A stretch of 64,000 nt of DNA, from the IMG/VR virus record IMGVR_UViG_3300027872_000002, positions 1 through 64,000 of that record. One strand, written 5' to 3'. Below, one piece after another: positions 1-8,042 of the stretch. The translations under genes were made by a program, and so were the position numbers. Every line of letters begins with the position of its first letter. Positions within the stretch are counted from its first letter, which is position 1. Under the pieces are notes generated by a model. The model did not search any database. It was not told where the DNA came from and saw nothing but the letters and a program-made list of their open reading frames with translations. The stretch comes from a virus.

Positions 1-296
1 CTCAAGGCTGACGGCCCAGAGCACACAATCATCCTAATGGAGGACTAGGACAGACCGGCCCCTCATTTCCCCACCCTCATCGAGGCCCTCAGGATCGCTC
101 CTGGGGGCCTTTAGTTTTGCGGGGAGGTTAGGCCCCACGGATCCTCCCCGGAGCCGTTAGAACAGCTGCAGGAGCCCTCCCTGGGCTGGCCTTTACTTTC
201 CGGAGACCGGCCCCTAAGATGTGGGAGGCCGGAGGACCCCAGAATTGGAGAATGGGCCATGAAAAATTTTACAGTCTCAAACCAACAGGGAGTGAA

Positions 297-572
297 ATGG
301 ATCTCAAGGAATTGATGCGCCTGTGCTACAATGCAGGATTTGAGGATGTGGACGGATTCCAAGCTTGGTGGGATGAGCTTGGGGAGGACCGCCATGACGA
401 CTTCGTCAGAGATGGGGCAAACCCTGAGATGTTGGATGTAATGAGGGGGTTGCTCCGGACCCTCAACACCGTCATCGAGACAGCCAATGAAAGTGGACTC
501 GACTTTGTCAAGGGTGATGTGATGAAGTGGGGAGCCATGGCCAGTGAGCTGATCCAGAAACTGGAGAGCTAA
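297..572 (+). CDS. hypothetical protein (small, acidic)
   Basis: 3' part of track ORF 219..572. ATG 297 has GGGAG 4-5 nt upstream (alternative starts 219, 252). The next gene starts 3 nt after its stop. Antisense ORF 111..599 judged spurious. Confidence 0.4.
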   Translation: MDLKELMRLCYNAGFEDVDGFQAWWDELGEDRHDDFVRDGANPEMLDVMRGLLRTLNTVIETANESGLDFVKGDVMKWGAMASELIQKLES

Positions 573-574
573 CC

Positions 575-838
575 ATGAAGCGCATTTACAAGTATCCATT
601 CACCATCGAGGCCCCCACAACGGTGGTGCTGAAGGTGGGGGCTGAGGTCCTCAAGGCTGGAGTCCAAAACGGGAACCCTGTCATGTGGGCCTTGGTCGAT
701 CCTGCTGCTGCGGATGAGACGTGGACCTTTGATGTCTACGCCACGGGAGGGGAGATTGACGACGCAGTGGATTCTGTCAGCTATGTGGACACGATCTTTT
801 TGGATAATGGACTTGTGTTCCATATCTTTGTAGCGTGA
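575..838 (+). CDS. hypothetical protein
   Basis: 87-aa ORF, tightly packed with neighbours. No recognisable motif. Confidence 0.45.
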   Translation: MKRIYKYPFTIEAPTTVVLKVGAEVLKAGVQNGNPVMWALVDPAAADETWTFDVYATGGEIDDAVDSVSYVDTIFLDNGLVFHIFVA

Positions 839-1011
839 TGTGGGGCCGGTTCCTCTGCTGGGTTGGCTTCCACGACTACACGAGCAACGTGGCTGAGGGT
901 ATCGAGCCGGATCATGAGAAGATGAAGAAGGACCCTGTGGGGTATTTTTTTGAGTTCAGTCGGCAATGGTGCCGGCGCTGTAAGCATGACTGGGAGGGCA
1001 ACCGAAATGTT
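838..1011 (+). CDS. hypothetical small Cys-containing protein (57 aa, below track cutoff)
   Basis: Read by hand: ATG 838 overlaps the previous stop (TGATG) and its stop overlaps the next start (ATGTTTGA). Sequence MWGRFLCWVGFHDY...WCRRCKHDWEGNRNV. Confidence 0.3.
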
Positions 1012-1189
1012 TGAGTACAAGGAGATCCAAATCACAATCCGCTTGCCGGACGATATTGCTGAGCAAGCCATCAAGGTCGAGCAAGATGACCCTGACTTCC
1101 TGAGCCGTGTGGTCCTGTATGGATTGACCAGACGGTCCATCTATCACCAGCTGCGAGATCATGGTAGATCCAAGTGGGCCGGAGAATGA
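1007..1189 (+). CDS. ribbon-helix-helix-like DNA-binding protein (tentative)
   Basis: Internal ATG 1007 of ORF 950..1189, preceded by GGGAGGG. The N-terminus MFEYKEIQITIRLPDDIAEQA looks like a CopG/RHH beta-strand plus helix. Confidence 0.35.
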   Translation: MFEYKEIQITIRLPDDIAEQAIKVEQDDPDFLSRVVLYGLTRRSIYHQLRDHGRSKWAGE

Positions 1190-1533
1190 GCTACTATGAC
1201 TACAAGCAGTCAGTGTACATCGAGTTGAAGCAATATCCATTCTACGCTTTGGTCATGGCTGCGATGCGACAGGCCGATACCGACAACTTGGCGATGCTGG
1301 AAAGCTGCTGGCCGGAGACCTGGGCTGAGCTACAAGCTCGATACAATGCGCCTGGTGGATTGCTTGAGGGAGAGGAGCCTCCAAAGCCCACGTGTGGTCA
1401 CTCGATGCCCCAAGAGGACCGGGATGCGTTTGGGATCAAGACTTGGGACCCACACTGCGCACGCGAGCCAGACCATCCAGGTGACCACGCCATCTCCCAG
1501 GAAGGCGTGTCTTGGAGCAACGATGAGGGCTGA
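1186..1533 (+). CDS. hypothetical protein
   Basis: ORF 1174..1533. ATG 1186 forms an ATGA overlap with the previous stop. Confidence 0.45.
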   Translation: MSYYDYKQSVYIELKQYPFYALVMAAMRQADTDNLAMLESCWPETWAELQARYNAPGGLLEGEEPPKPTCGHSMPQEDRDAFGIKTWDPHCAREPDHPGDHAISQEGVSWSNDEG

Positions 1534-1696
1534 TGGCAAGACGGAGTATCTGTGCTCCAAATGCGGGTGGTCCCAGAGCTTTGGATTCCCCAAGGGCCAG
1601 AGGCCCCTGCGCCGCTGGCTCCTCGACTGTAGGCGCTGTGGGGGCAAGCGCTGGTTCCATCCAAGGCTGAGGCCCTTGACTGGCGACTATCGGTGA
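1523..1696 (+). CDS. small zinc-ribbon-like protein
   Basis: Internal ATG 1523 of ORF 1346..1696, overlapping the previous gene end. Two CxxC pairs (CSKCG ... CRRCGG). Confidence 0.4.
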   Translation: MRADGKTEYLCSKCGWSQSFGFPKGQRPLRRWLLDCRRCGGKRWFHPRLRPLTGDYR

Positions 1697-1724
1697 GAGG
1701 GCTCCGGAGGGGCCTGCAGGAGCC

Positions 1725-2006
1725 GTGGGGGATTCAGGGGTCACTAGACTACCTTGGTACCCCACGAACACGCTTAGACAACGAATGAGCAGCCTTAAAA
1801 ACGATCCTAGCACAGTCAAATACCGTATAACAGTGGGTCGAGCCGAGAACGGCTGGATCTGTGTGGGGATCCAAGATGGCCGATCATGGGCCTCAGACAT
1901 GTTCAGAATCGAGGACCTGGATGGGGCAGTGGAGCAATTGGGGAGGAGACTTGGCAAGACGGCAAAAGTGCCAAAGGGCACAGGGAGGTTTGGCGATGTG
2001 GAATAG
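1725..2006 (+). CDS. hypothetical protein
   Basis: 93-aa ORF (GTG 1725, alternative ATG 1785). No motif. Confidence 0.35.
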   Translation: MGDSGVTRLPWYPTNTLRQRMSSLKNDPSTVKYRITVGRAENGWICVGIQDGRSWASDMFRIEDLDGAVEQLGRRLGKTAKVPKGTGRFGDVE

Positions 2007-2199
2007 AATCTGGAACTGGATTGAATTGGTCCTGATGATCGTGGGGTTCATATACACCGTGGCCGTCTTGGCTGCTGGCTTCGTATTGCTGGTGCCCATC
2101 TTCATTTTGTTCGAGCGGAGGAGCAAGCCCAGAGAGGTCCCATCAGACGATGGCTGGCACAAGGACAAAATCGAGCCACAGGACAGGTACCCAGGATGA
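1996..2199 (+). CDS. small membrane protein
   Basis: Internal ATG 1996 of ORF 1861..2199. One long hydrophobic segment ELVLMIVGFIYTVAVLAAGFVLLVPIFILF. Confidence 0.45.
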   Translation: MWNRIWNWIELVLMIVGFIYTVAVLAAGFVLLVPIFILFERRSKPREVPSDDGWHKDKIEPQDRYPG

Positions 2200-2465
2200 G
2201 GTGCGTGGCTCCCAGGATCCCTGGCGTCCATGAGGAGATGTTGGCCCAGGACCAAGATGAATACCTGACGGTGTGCGTTGGGTTGATCCCATATGTGGAC
2301 GGAGCCATTGGCGCTGTCACTCGATGGCGTCTGACAGATGAGGAGAAGCAACGCATCATGGAGGGTGAGGATCTGTACCTCAATCTCTTGACCCAAGGTG
2401 GAGGAATGCAGCCAGTGCGGCTGGAGGTGGGGCCGGTCCCTGACGACTGGCATATCAAAAGGTAG
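2196..2465 (+). CDS. hypothetical protein
   Basis: 89-aa ORF with an ATGA overlap to the previous gene. Confidence 0.45.
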   Translation: MRCVAPRIPGVHEEMLAQDQDEYLTVCVGLIPYVDGAIGAVTRWRLTDEEKQRIMEGEDLYLNLLTQGGGMQPVRLEVGPVPDDWHIKR

Positions 2466-2472
2466 GCAAAAG

Positions 2473-2970
2473 ATGGACAGCAATTTACCACCAGGAGTTA
2501 GCATTGGAGATCTGCCAGGCAACCGGCCTGATGATGAGGCTTGGGATGAGTTCCACGAATGGGTGGATGAGCAAACTGAGGACAAGGGCCTGAGCCCACA
2601 AGAGGCCAGGGAGATTTGGTCCAACGGAATGAACGCCAAAAAGCTGATGAGCTTGGACCAGTGGGCACAGGTGATCAACCAGTGGGCAGTGACCAAGGGC
2701 TGGAATGAGCAGATGCCCTCACAGGGCGAATGGATCGCTCTGGCGCACAGCGAGCTATCTGAGGCGCTGGAGGCCCATCGAGATGGGACCGGCGTGGGAC
2801 TGGTGTTCGTGGATGGAAAGCCTGAGGGCGTGGCGGTTGAGTATGCCGATTGTATCATCCGGATCCTCCACTGGTTCGCCAGACATGACCTCTCTCCCAA
2901 CGACATCGTTGACGCCAAGATGGTCTACAATGATGGCCGTCCATACAAGCATGGAGGAAAGGCGCTGTGA
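2473..2970 (+). CDS. MazG-like nucleoside triphosphate pyrophosphohydrolase domain protein
   Basis: Internal ATG 2473 of ORF 2398..2970. The C-terminal half (EWIALAHSELSEALEAHRDG ... KPEGVAVEYADCIIRILHWF ... YNDGRPYKHGGK) has the all-alpha MazG/NTP-PPase EExxE/D-style helices common in phages. Confidence 0.55.
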   Translation: MDSNLPPGVSIGDLPGNRPDDEAWDEFHEWVDEQTEDKGLSPQEAREIWSNGMNAKKLMSLDQWAQVINQWAVTKGWNEQMPSQGEWIALAHSELSEALEAHRDGTGVGLVFVDGKPEGVAVEYADCIIRILHWFARHDLSPNDIVDAKMVYNDGRPYKHGGKAL

Positions 2971-3338
2971 GCGAGGCTCAATTTGATCCGCAGTGGCCAG
3001 CGCCCAAGCACGAGATCCGCTGCGATGAATATCATGCCCACACTCGCATTGGAATCAAGTACACGGCTGAGGGCCGGTGCTGTACGTCTGACTGCCCCGG
3101 TTGTCGATGGGAGAGGACCCTTGAGATGATCGACATCACCTGTATCTGTACGCACACAGGGCGTGAGATCGAATACATGAATGTCGATTCCAATTGCTTC
3201 GTTCATGGGCGCTGGAATCCAGATACAGTCAAGCGATTGTCCAGGCGTCTCCAAATCCTGTACGAGTGGCACAGGGCTGGCTACTTCGGCAGCAAAGAGG
3301 CATCTGCGGATTGGTGGTTCAAAAAACTGGGGGTTTGA
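2967..3338 (+). CDS. Cys-rich hypothetical protein
   Basis: 123-aa ORF with a GTGA overlap. Many Cys/His residues (CCTSDCPGC, CICTH, CFVH). Confidence 0.45.
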   Translation: MSEAQFDPQWPAPKHEIRCDEYHAHTRIGIKYTAEGRCCTSDCPGCRWERTLEMIDITCICTHTGREIEYMNVDSNCFVHGRWNPDTVKRLSRRLQILYEWHRAGYFGSKEASADWWFKKLGV

Positions 3339-3339
3339 G

Positions 3340-4008
3340 ATGGAGGAGCTTGCGATCATGAAGGGCCTGTGCTACCGGCTCGATACCTCTGATGCCTTCA
3401 TCATCCGGGAGATGGGCACGTATGGGCCGTTGATCCTCGATACTGAGGATGTGGTCCTTGACGTTGGCGCCAACATCGGAGCATTTGCGGTCCTCCGGGC
3501 ACCACACTGTCGGCAGGTCATCTGTATCGAGCCAGAATCTGACAACCTGAGGGTTCTGAGGGCCAACGTCAAGACCAAGGGAGGCCCAGGTGTCCATGGG
3601 GAGCGGAGAATTGTGGAGGGTGCGGTCGTTTCCAATAGCTGGACAGAGGATGAGGTGCCCCTGTATGTCAACAGGAAGCAAGGCAAGGCCATCCACTCGC
3701 TGGAGCCAACCAAGGGCCGTGTGATCCAGATGGTCCCAGCCCTCCGATTTGAGGACATGCTGGCCTTGGCTCCGGGAGCGACAGCCCTGAAGTGCGACAT
3801 CGAGGGGTGGGAGCATTTCTTGCCGTGGAACGATCTCTTTGAGACGGAGATCCGCAAGCTGGCCATGGAGCTTCACCTCACCGGCCCAGGCCATCGAGAA
3901 TTGGCCTATGCTACGGTCATCGCCATCGAGAGGGCTGGGTTCATATCAGTAGCAAAACCGCCAGATATGAGCGCACGAGTGACCACCCTGGGATTCTGGA
4001 AACGATGA
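3340..4008 (+). CDS. FkbM-family SAM-dependent methyltransferase
   Basis: Internal ATG 3340 of ORF 3181..4008. Has the SAM-binding loop VLDVGANIGAFAV and the overall FkbM-like layout (EP...N...L..N, KCDIEGWE). Confidence 0.6.
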   Translation: MEELAIMKGLCYRLDTSDAFIIREMGTYGPLILDTEDVVLDVGANIGAFAVLRAPHCRQVICIEPESDNLRVLRANVKTKGGPGVHGERRIVEGAVVSNSWTEDEVPLYVNRKQGKAIHSLEPTKGRVIQMVPALRFEDMLALAPGATALKCDIEGWEHFLPWNDLFETEIRKLAMELHLTGPGHRELAYATVIAIERAGFISVAKPPDMSARVTTLGFWKR

Positions 4009-4361
4009 TCTATCTGACCAAGGGTGAGAGGCTCTGGATTTGGGGGCGTCGATGGGGCAAGAGCCGGGAGGACATGGCGTCAATTTACAGCGTCAGTGGA
4101 GCAACCATCTCGACTTGGTTCAAAGGGTTCGCCCACAATGACTCTGAGGTCCCAGAGGTAGCTCTCAAGGAGCCGATTCAGAAATGGGAAATGATGACGG
4201 TTGCTAGACGTAGGATGGGGCTGTCCATTCAAGCTCTCGCATCCGAGCAAGGAATCTCACACGTCACCCTCATTCGGAGGGAGAGAGGAGAAGGCAATTG
4301 GCGAGCCAGTTGGGACTGGTGGACAGGCAAGGTCCCGGCACCGATAGGAGGCAAAATATGA
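4005..4361 (+). CDS. DNA-binding protein with two helix-turn-helix-like segments
   Basis: 118-aa ORF with an ATGA overlap. Segments REDMASIYSVSGATISTWFKG and SIQALASEQGISHVTLIRRERG resemble HTH motifs. Confidence 0.5.
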   Translation: MIYLTKGERLWIWGRRWGKSREDMASIYSVSGATISTWFKGFAHNDSEVPEVALKEPIQKWEMMTVARRRMGLSIQALASEQGISHVTLIRRERGEGNWRASWDWWTGKVPAPIGGKI

Positions 4362-4561
4362 CAAGCGTTGGAGAGGACTTTCCCAGGCAGGTCCAGAGGG
4401 TTTGGGAACTGCGCGAGCAGTACGTGGCGCTGCCTGAGGGAGTGGGCGCGTATGGCGCTCTGGAATTGAAGATGATGCTGGAACGGGCCACTGAGGCCCA
4501 AGCGTCTGGAGACATCGTGAGAATCCTCCGGAGCTACTCAGAATTGAGCGAGGCAGAATGA
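4358..4561 (+). CDS. hypothetical protein
   Basis: Internal ATG 4358 of ORF 4298..4561, with an ATGA overlap to the previous stop. Confidence 0.4.
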   Translation: MTSVGEDFPRQVQRVWELREQYVALPEGVGAYGALELKMMLERATEAQASGDIVRILRSYSELSEAE

Positions 4562-4821
4562 TGAAACAAGAATTGGCGAATGTGGAGGAGACTGAAGCGT
4601 TCACAGGGGTGGAGGAATGGGTCGTGCTTGTGCTGTTGAGGCTTGGCCCGTTGAGTACTGTTGAGCTACGCAACATCGGTGGTTCGATCTTGCCGCGTGG
4701 GATGCCAGGACACTATGTCTTGGCCAAGCTGGAAGACATGGGATTGATCCAAGGTAGGCTTCCAAATCGGGACAGCCCGTTCAGGATCTACAGCATAGTG
4801 GAGAATGAAGATGACGATTGA
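4558..4821 (+). CDS. winged-helix DNA-binding protein (MarR/PadR-like, tentative)
   Basis: 87 aa with an ATGA overlap. WVVLVLLRLGPLSTVELRNIGG ... YVLAKLEDMGLIQGR fits a wHTH. Confidence 0.5.
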   Translation: MMKQELANVEETEAFTGVEEWVVLVLLRLGPLSTVELRNIGGSILPRGMPGHYVLAKLEDMGLIQGRLPNRDSPFRIYSIVENEDDD

Positions 4822-5041
4822 CCTGACTGAGGCCGTGAGCTTGGCCAACGAGTTGCTTGAGGACGTGGACAAGCTGAATGTGCGGATCGCTCATGCTTGC
4901 GACAACGGGATGTTCATCAATCTGGCGTTGACAGAGCGTGAGTCTGTGATTGGCCCAACCAAGGGCCGGTGCCCCAGAATCAATATGGGGGTTGCCATGG
5001 ATCCGCGCACCATCTCCGGACCCAGGATTGGCAGCGCCTGA
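4805..5041 (+). CDS. hypothetical protein
   Basis: 78-aa ORF, no motif. Confidence 0.4.
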   Translation: MKMTIDLTEAVSLANELLEDVDKLNVRIAHACDNGMFINLALTERESVIGPTKGRCPRINMGVAMDPRTISGPRIGSA

Positions 5042-5319
5042 TGGGATACTATTTGCTGTCCACGGGGCCACCCAAGGGCAAGGCTGAGGCGTTGAAGAAG
5101 GATCATGGTGCCCGCATGGTCTCAGAGAGCGAGGCTGCGTTGGAAGTTGAGACGATGGGCGTCATTTGCGTCGTCTACAACACAGCCTGGGATGCTGCTG
5201 GATTTGCGTACAACCTGAAGGAGTTTGCGAGGATGCTCCCAAGGTCTGACGACCAGCGGCCCAGGCGTTGGATGGTGATGGACCGGGAGACGGCTGAAAG
5301 GCTCTCTGGCTACAGCTGA
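5041..5319 (+). CDS. hypothetical protein
   Basis: Internal ATG 5041 of ORF 4969..5319, with a TGATG overlap to the previous stop. Confidence 0.4.
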   Translation: MGYYLLSTGPPKGKAEALKKDHGARMVSESEAALEVETMGVICVVYNTAWDAAGFAYNLKEFARMLPRSDDQRPRRWMVMDRETAERLSGYS

Positions 5320-5388
5320 TCTAAGGCCCCAGGGTGGTTCGGGTAACCTCTCGGACCTCCTGGGGCCTCCACACGTGGGAGAGAGGAA

Positions 5389-5838
5389 ATGAGCATGGTA
5401 GAAAGGATGGTAGTGGGGTTCGCTTTTACAGTGGACCGAACGTCTGTGATTTTGATCCGCAAGAACCGGCCTGAGTGGCAGAAAGGCAAACTGAATGGCG
5501 TGGGTGGCCATATCGAGCAGGGAGAGCATCCAAACAAGGCCATGGAGCGAGAGTTTGAGGAGGAGACCGGTGTCCACGTCAAGGCATCGAGATGGGAGAG
5601 GGTGGTGATGATGGAGGGCAATGATTGGCACGTGACGTTCTTCAAAGCGATTCTGACCAACCTGGATCGCCACCACATCCAGACCATGACAGATGAGGCG
5701 GTTGTGGAGGTCCAATGCGACATCCCAGGAGGGATGATCCAAAACCTGTCGTGGCTCCTGCCTTTGTGCCTCGATGAGACAGGCGTCCAAAGGCCCATTC
5801 AGGTGAGAGACTTGGGAGTCAAAAATGAAGGCCGATGA
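5389..5838 (+). CDS. Nudix hydrolase
   Basis: Complete Nudix box GX5EX7REUXEEXGU: GHIEQGEHPNKAMEREFEEETGV. Confidence 0.8.
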   Translation: MSMVERMVVGFAFTVDRTSVILIRKNRPEWQKGKLNGVGGHIEQGEHPNKAMEREFEEETGVHVKASRWERVVMMEGNDWHVTFFKAILTNLDRHHIQTMTDEAVVEVQCDIPGGMIQNLSWLLPLCLDETGVQRPIQVRDLGVKNEGR

Positions 5839-6031
5839 GGAGCGGGCAAGACGGATTGCGCAGGGTACTGATGAGCTGAAGAGGAGACAGTTGGAGGACC
5901 GGCTTGAGAAGGCTCTGGTGAGTGCGGATTGGAGGACCCTTGCTGGCGTGATTCTCGACCTGTATATGAGGCTGCTGAAGGTGGAGAGATTTGCTGCCGA
6001 TATGATCGCTGAGCTTGAAGCCAAAAAATGA
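5825..6031 (+). CDS. hypothetical coiled-coil protein
   Basis: 68-aa charged helical ORF overlapping the Nudix gene end. Confidence 0.4.
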   Translation: MKADEERARRIAQGTDELKRRQLEDRLEKALVSADWRTLAGVILDLYMRLLKVERFAADMIAELEAKK

Positions 6032-6275
6032 GTTCATTGGCGGCCCCTGGGATGGGGACGTCACCGATGCGAGCCAGCCAGAAATCAAGGTCAAGGGCAA
6101 GCATTACCCGCACCTGAAGACTTTCCAATTTGACGGCCCTGACGGGACCACCGAGCTTGGCATAATTGACCTCGACCGGCCTGAGAAACACATCGTTGGA
6201 TCCTACCACTTCCGGCTCCACCGCCGGAGCCGTCCAATGAGATTCGCCTACATCTGGGTCCCACTCGTGGACTGA
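6015..6275 (+). CDS. hypothetical protein
   Basis: 86-aa ORF with a TTG start. Last gene before the 380-bp gap. Confidence 0.35.
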   Translation: MKPKNEFIGGPWDGDVTDASQPEIKVKGKHYPHLKTFQFDGPDGTTELGIIDLDRPEKHIVGSYHFRLHRRSRPMRFAYIWVPLVD

Positions 6276-6656
6276 TATCGGTATATACGACAACCCAGAT
6301 TTTGTGATGAGAGTGATTCCTAGACCCAAGACAATATTGCCTGCCAATATCAGGCTATTCCTCTGCGTAGGTACACCGATATTGGTAGCCTATTGAATGA
6401 CGTATTGACACTCCCAGTACCAATAGGGGATGTAAGTCATTACAGGGCAGGGAGCTACCCATAAAGTACCCCCACGACAGGCCATTTTGGAAAAAAACTT
6501 TTTTGTCAAATCGACACTCGTATAACAATATGCCAATAGGTGTGGCGAGTCCTCCCGGAGACCCTTGGTTGTTTAGCGTCAAATGGGGCATGGCTATATC
6601 TCTTGTCTGACCATACGAAACCATGTGAAACAGCACCACCACCCAAAAGCAGAAAA
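6276..6656. promoter_or_regulatory. large intergenic region upstream of the packaging/structural operon, with CCAATA(G/T) boxes
   Basis: No convincing ORF. Boxes: TGCCAATAT 6342, GATATTGG 6378 (inverted), GCCTATTG 6388 (inverted), TACCAATAGGGG 6418, TGCCAATAGGT 6531. A7/T6 tract at 6491-6504. TTGTCA (6503) and TATAAC (6521) are sigma70-like hexamers, but their spacing is poor. Confidence 0.4.
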
Positions 6657-7283
6657 ATGGCCACTGTCGAGACCGGATTGGAAGGACCTGATTTGGATGC
6701 CGATCTGCCCCCAGCGGGCACCTCCATTGGCGAGTGGAGCCCAGGCGGCAAGTCATTCTATGATGGGCTGAGCGACCAGCACAAGTTGGTGGTGGATTTT
6801 TACGTCATGGATCCAAGCTCATTCATGGGTGCTTGCTTGTCGGCTGGCTACTCCAAACGCGCCATTTCTGCCATCGCCCATGAGCTCCACCACCAGCCCT
6901 CGATGGCCGCTGCCATTGCTGAGAAAATGAATGAGCGCTCAGAGCGCACGATGATCACGCAAGACCGGATCCTGCATGAGCTTGCAATCATCGCTTTCAG
7001 TGACCTGCGCAACTACACCATCGACCCCAAAACCGGCTCCATCGAGCTACCTGAGGGCGTGCCTGACTTCGTCATGCGGGCTGTGTCCTCGATCAAGTTC
7101 ATCGTCACCATCGATGAGGCCGGTCACGAGAGACGGACCCTTGAGTTCAAACTGTGGGATAAGATGGGTGCGCTCCGCATGATGGGACAGCACCTGGCCA
7201 TGTTCACCGACAAGCTCGATGTGAGGGGTGAACTCGATGTCCGGCAGAAGTGGATTATTGGCGGCAAAGAGATCGTGTTTTAG
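6657..7283 (+). CDS. terS: terminase small subunit
   Basis: Internal ATG 6657 of ORF 6540..7283. The LSDQHKLVVDFYV ... ACLSAGYSKRAISAIAHELHHQPSMAAAIAEKMNERSERTMITQDRILHELAIIAFSDLRNY pattern is typical of Terminase_2 (P27-type) small subunits. Lies upstream of terL. Confidence 0.7.
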   Translation: MATVETGLEGPDLDADLPPAGTSIGEWSPGGKSFYDGLSDQHKLVVDFYVMDPSSFMGACLSAGYSKRAISAIAHELHHQPSMAAAIAEKMNERSERTMITQDRILHELAIIAFSDLRNYTIDPKTGSIELPEGVPDFVMRAVSSIKFIVTIDEAGHERRTLEFKLWDKMGALRMMGQHLAMFTDKLDVRGELDVRQKWIIGGKEIVF

Positions 7284-7930
7284 ACAGCATTCAAATGCAG
7301 CATTCAGGCACCCAAAAATCGGGCGTGAATCGGAGGGTGAAAATGCAGCATTCAAATGCAGCAATCAGTGCAGTACAAAGCACATTGGAACACTAGTATC
7401 TAAGCCGTTTTTGCAGCATCCAGGTGCAGCATTCAGACACATGTAAATCTGGGTGCATTATCACATGTAAAATGCACTGTCCAAATGCAGCATTCAGGCA
7501 GGTGAATTTGATGGGTGCATTCACACTGGATTTGGGTGCATTCGACACTGTGCGTGCACGTCAGCTGCATTGTTGGGTGCATTCACACTGATTTTGGGGG
7601 TGAATTCAAGTGTTGCAAATGCAGCATTTCAGTGCAGTCAAATCACAGGTGCATTCAATGGGTGCATTACACATGAAAACGACAGCATTCAAATGCAGCA
7701 AATGCACTGTCTCAAAGCACATGCAATCAATGGGTGCATTACACATGTACCATCGAGGATCTAAGCCGTTTTTGGGTGCATCCAGTGCAGCATTCAAATG
7801 CAGTTGAATTCACTGTCCCAAATGCATGTAATCCCATGGGTGCATTCACATGTGCTTCGACAGCATTCAAATGCAGTCAATATCATGTCAAATGCACTGT
7901 CCAAATGGAGGTGATTTCGATGGGTGCAAT
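7284..7930. repeat. dense non-coding motif array between terS and terL
   Basis: GCATTCAAATGCAG x5 exact (7287, 7348, 7685, 7790, 7863). GGGTGCA(T/A)T x9. AAATGCACTGTCCAAATG x2 exact (7470, 7890). ATCTAAGCCGTTTTTG x2 exact (7398, 7759). Copies fall in all three frames. Confidence 0.85.
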
Positions 7931-8042
7931 TACATTGTGGATTTTGGCCGGCATTTTCATCGGGTGGAACGTCCCCCAGCCCACGTATGCACGGCTCGTG
8001 CAATCCTGGGTGGTCCGGAAGGTCAAGGGCATCGGCAAATGA
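7920..8042 (+). CDS. possible 40-aa single-pass membrane peptide
   Basis: Internal ATG 7920 of ORF 7734..8042: MGAITLWILAGIFIGWNVPQ... The start lies in the last degenerate repeat unit. Confidence 0.3.
   Translation: MGAITLWILAGIFIGWNVPQPTYARLVQSWVVRKVKGIGK

Noticed and set aside
78-88. Recurrent 11-mer CATCGAGGCCC (78, 604, 44598, 44890) that looked like a shared boundary or att-like motif
   Set aside because: The same string also occurs inside coding sequence as the frequent codon triplet ATC-GAG-GCC (Ile-Glu-Ala), and related ATCGAGG strings are common throughout. It is explained by codon usage and GC bias rather than by a specific element.
1893-2918. Other long minus-strand ORFs (e.g. 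1893..2918, 5122..6024, 12687..13652, 13835..14728, 14992..15861, 26933..27712, 28204..29004, 44953..45639, 52148..52858, 56014..56718, 61068..61691)
   Set aside because: All are antisense to + strand genes that carry clear motifs or syntenic positions. Their translations are Ser/Arg/Pro/Gly-rich low-complexity sequences typical of antisense frames in GC-rich DNA.
6355-6756. 133-aa minus-strand ORF covering the 6.3-6.65 kb gap
   Set aside because: It overlaps the terS start and the regulatory boxes, has no RBS-like sequence, and its translation is implausible. The region is better explained as non-coding regulatory DNA.
7228-8042. ORFs inside the terS-terL repeat array (7228..7446, 7570..7764, 7610..7807, the 5' part of 7734..8042, 7794..8003 on the minus strand), and a CRISPR interpretation of the array
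   Set aside because: These ORFs overlap each other in different frames, and their 'proteins' are just translations of the repeats (NAAFKCS, GAFTL...). The exact 14-mers fall in all three frames. It is not CRISPR-like either: there is no constant-length repeat/spacer alternation, the repeats are short (9-18 nt) and interleaved, and there are no cas genes.
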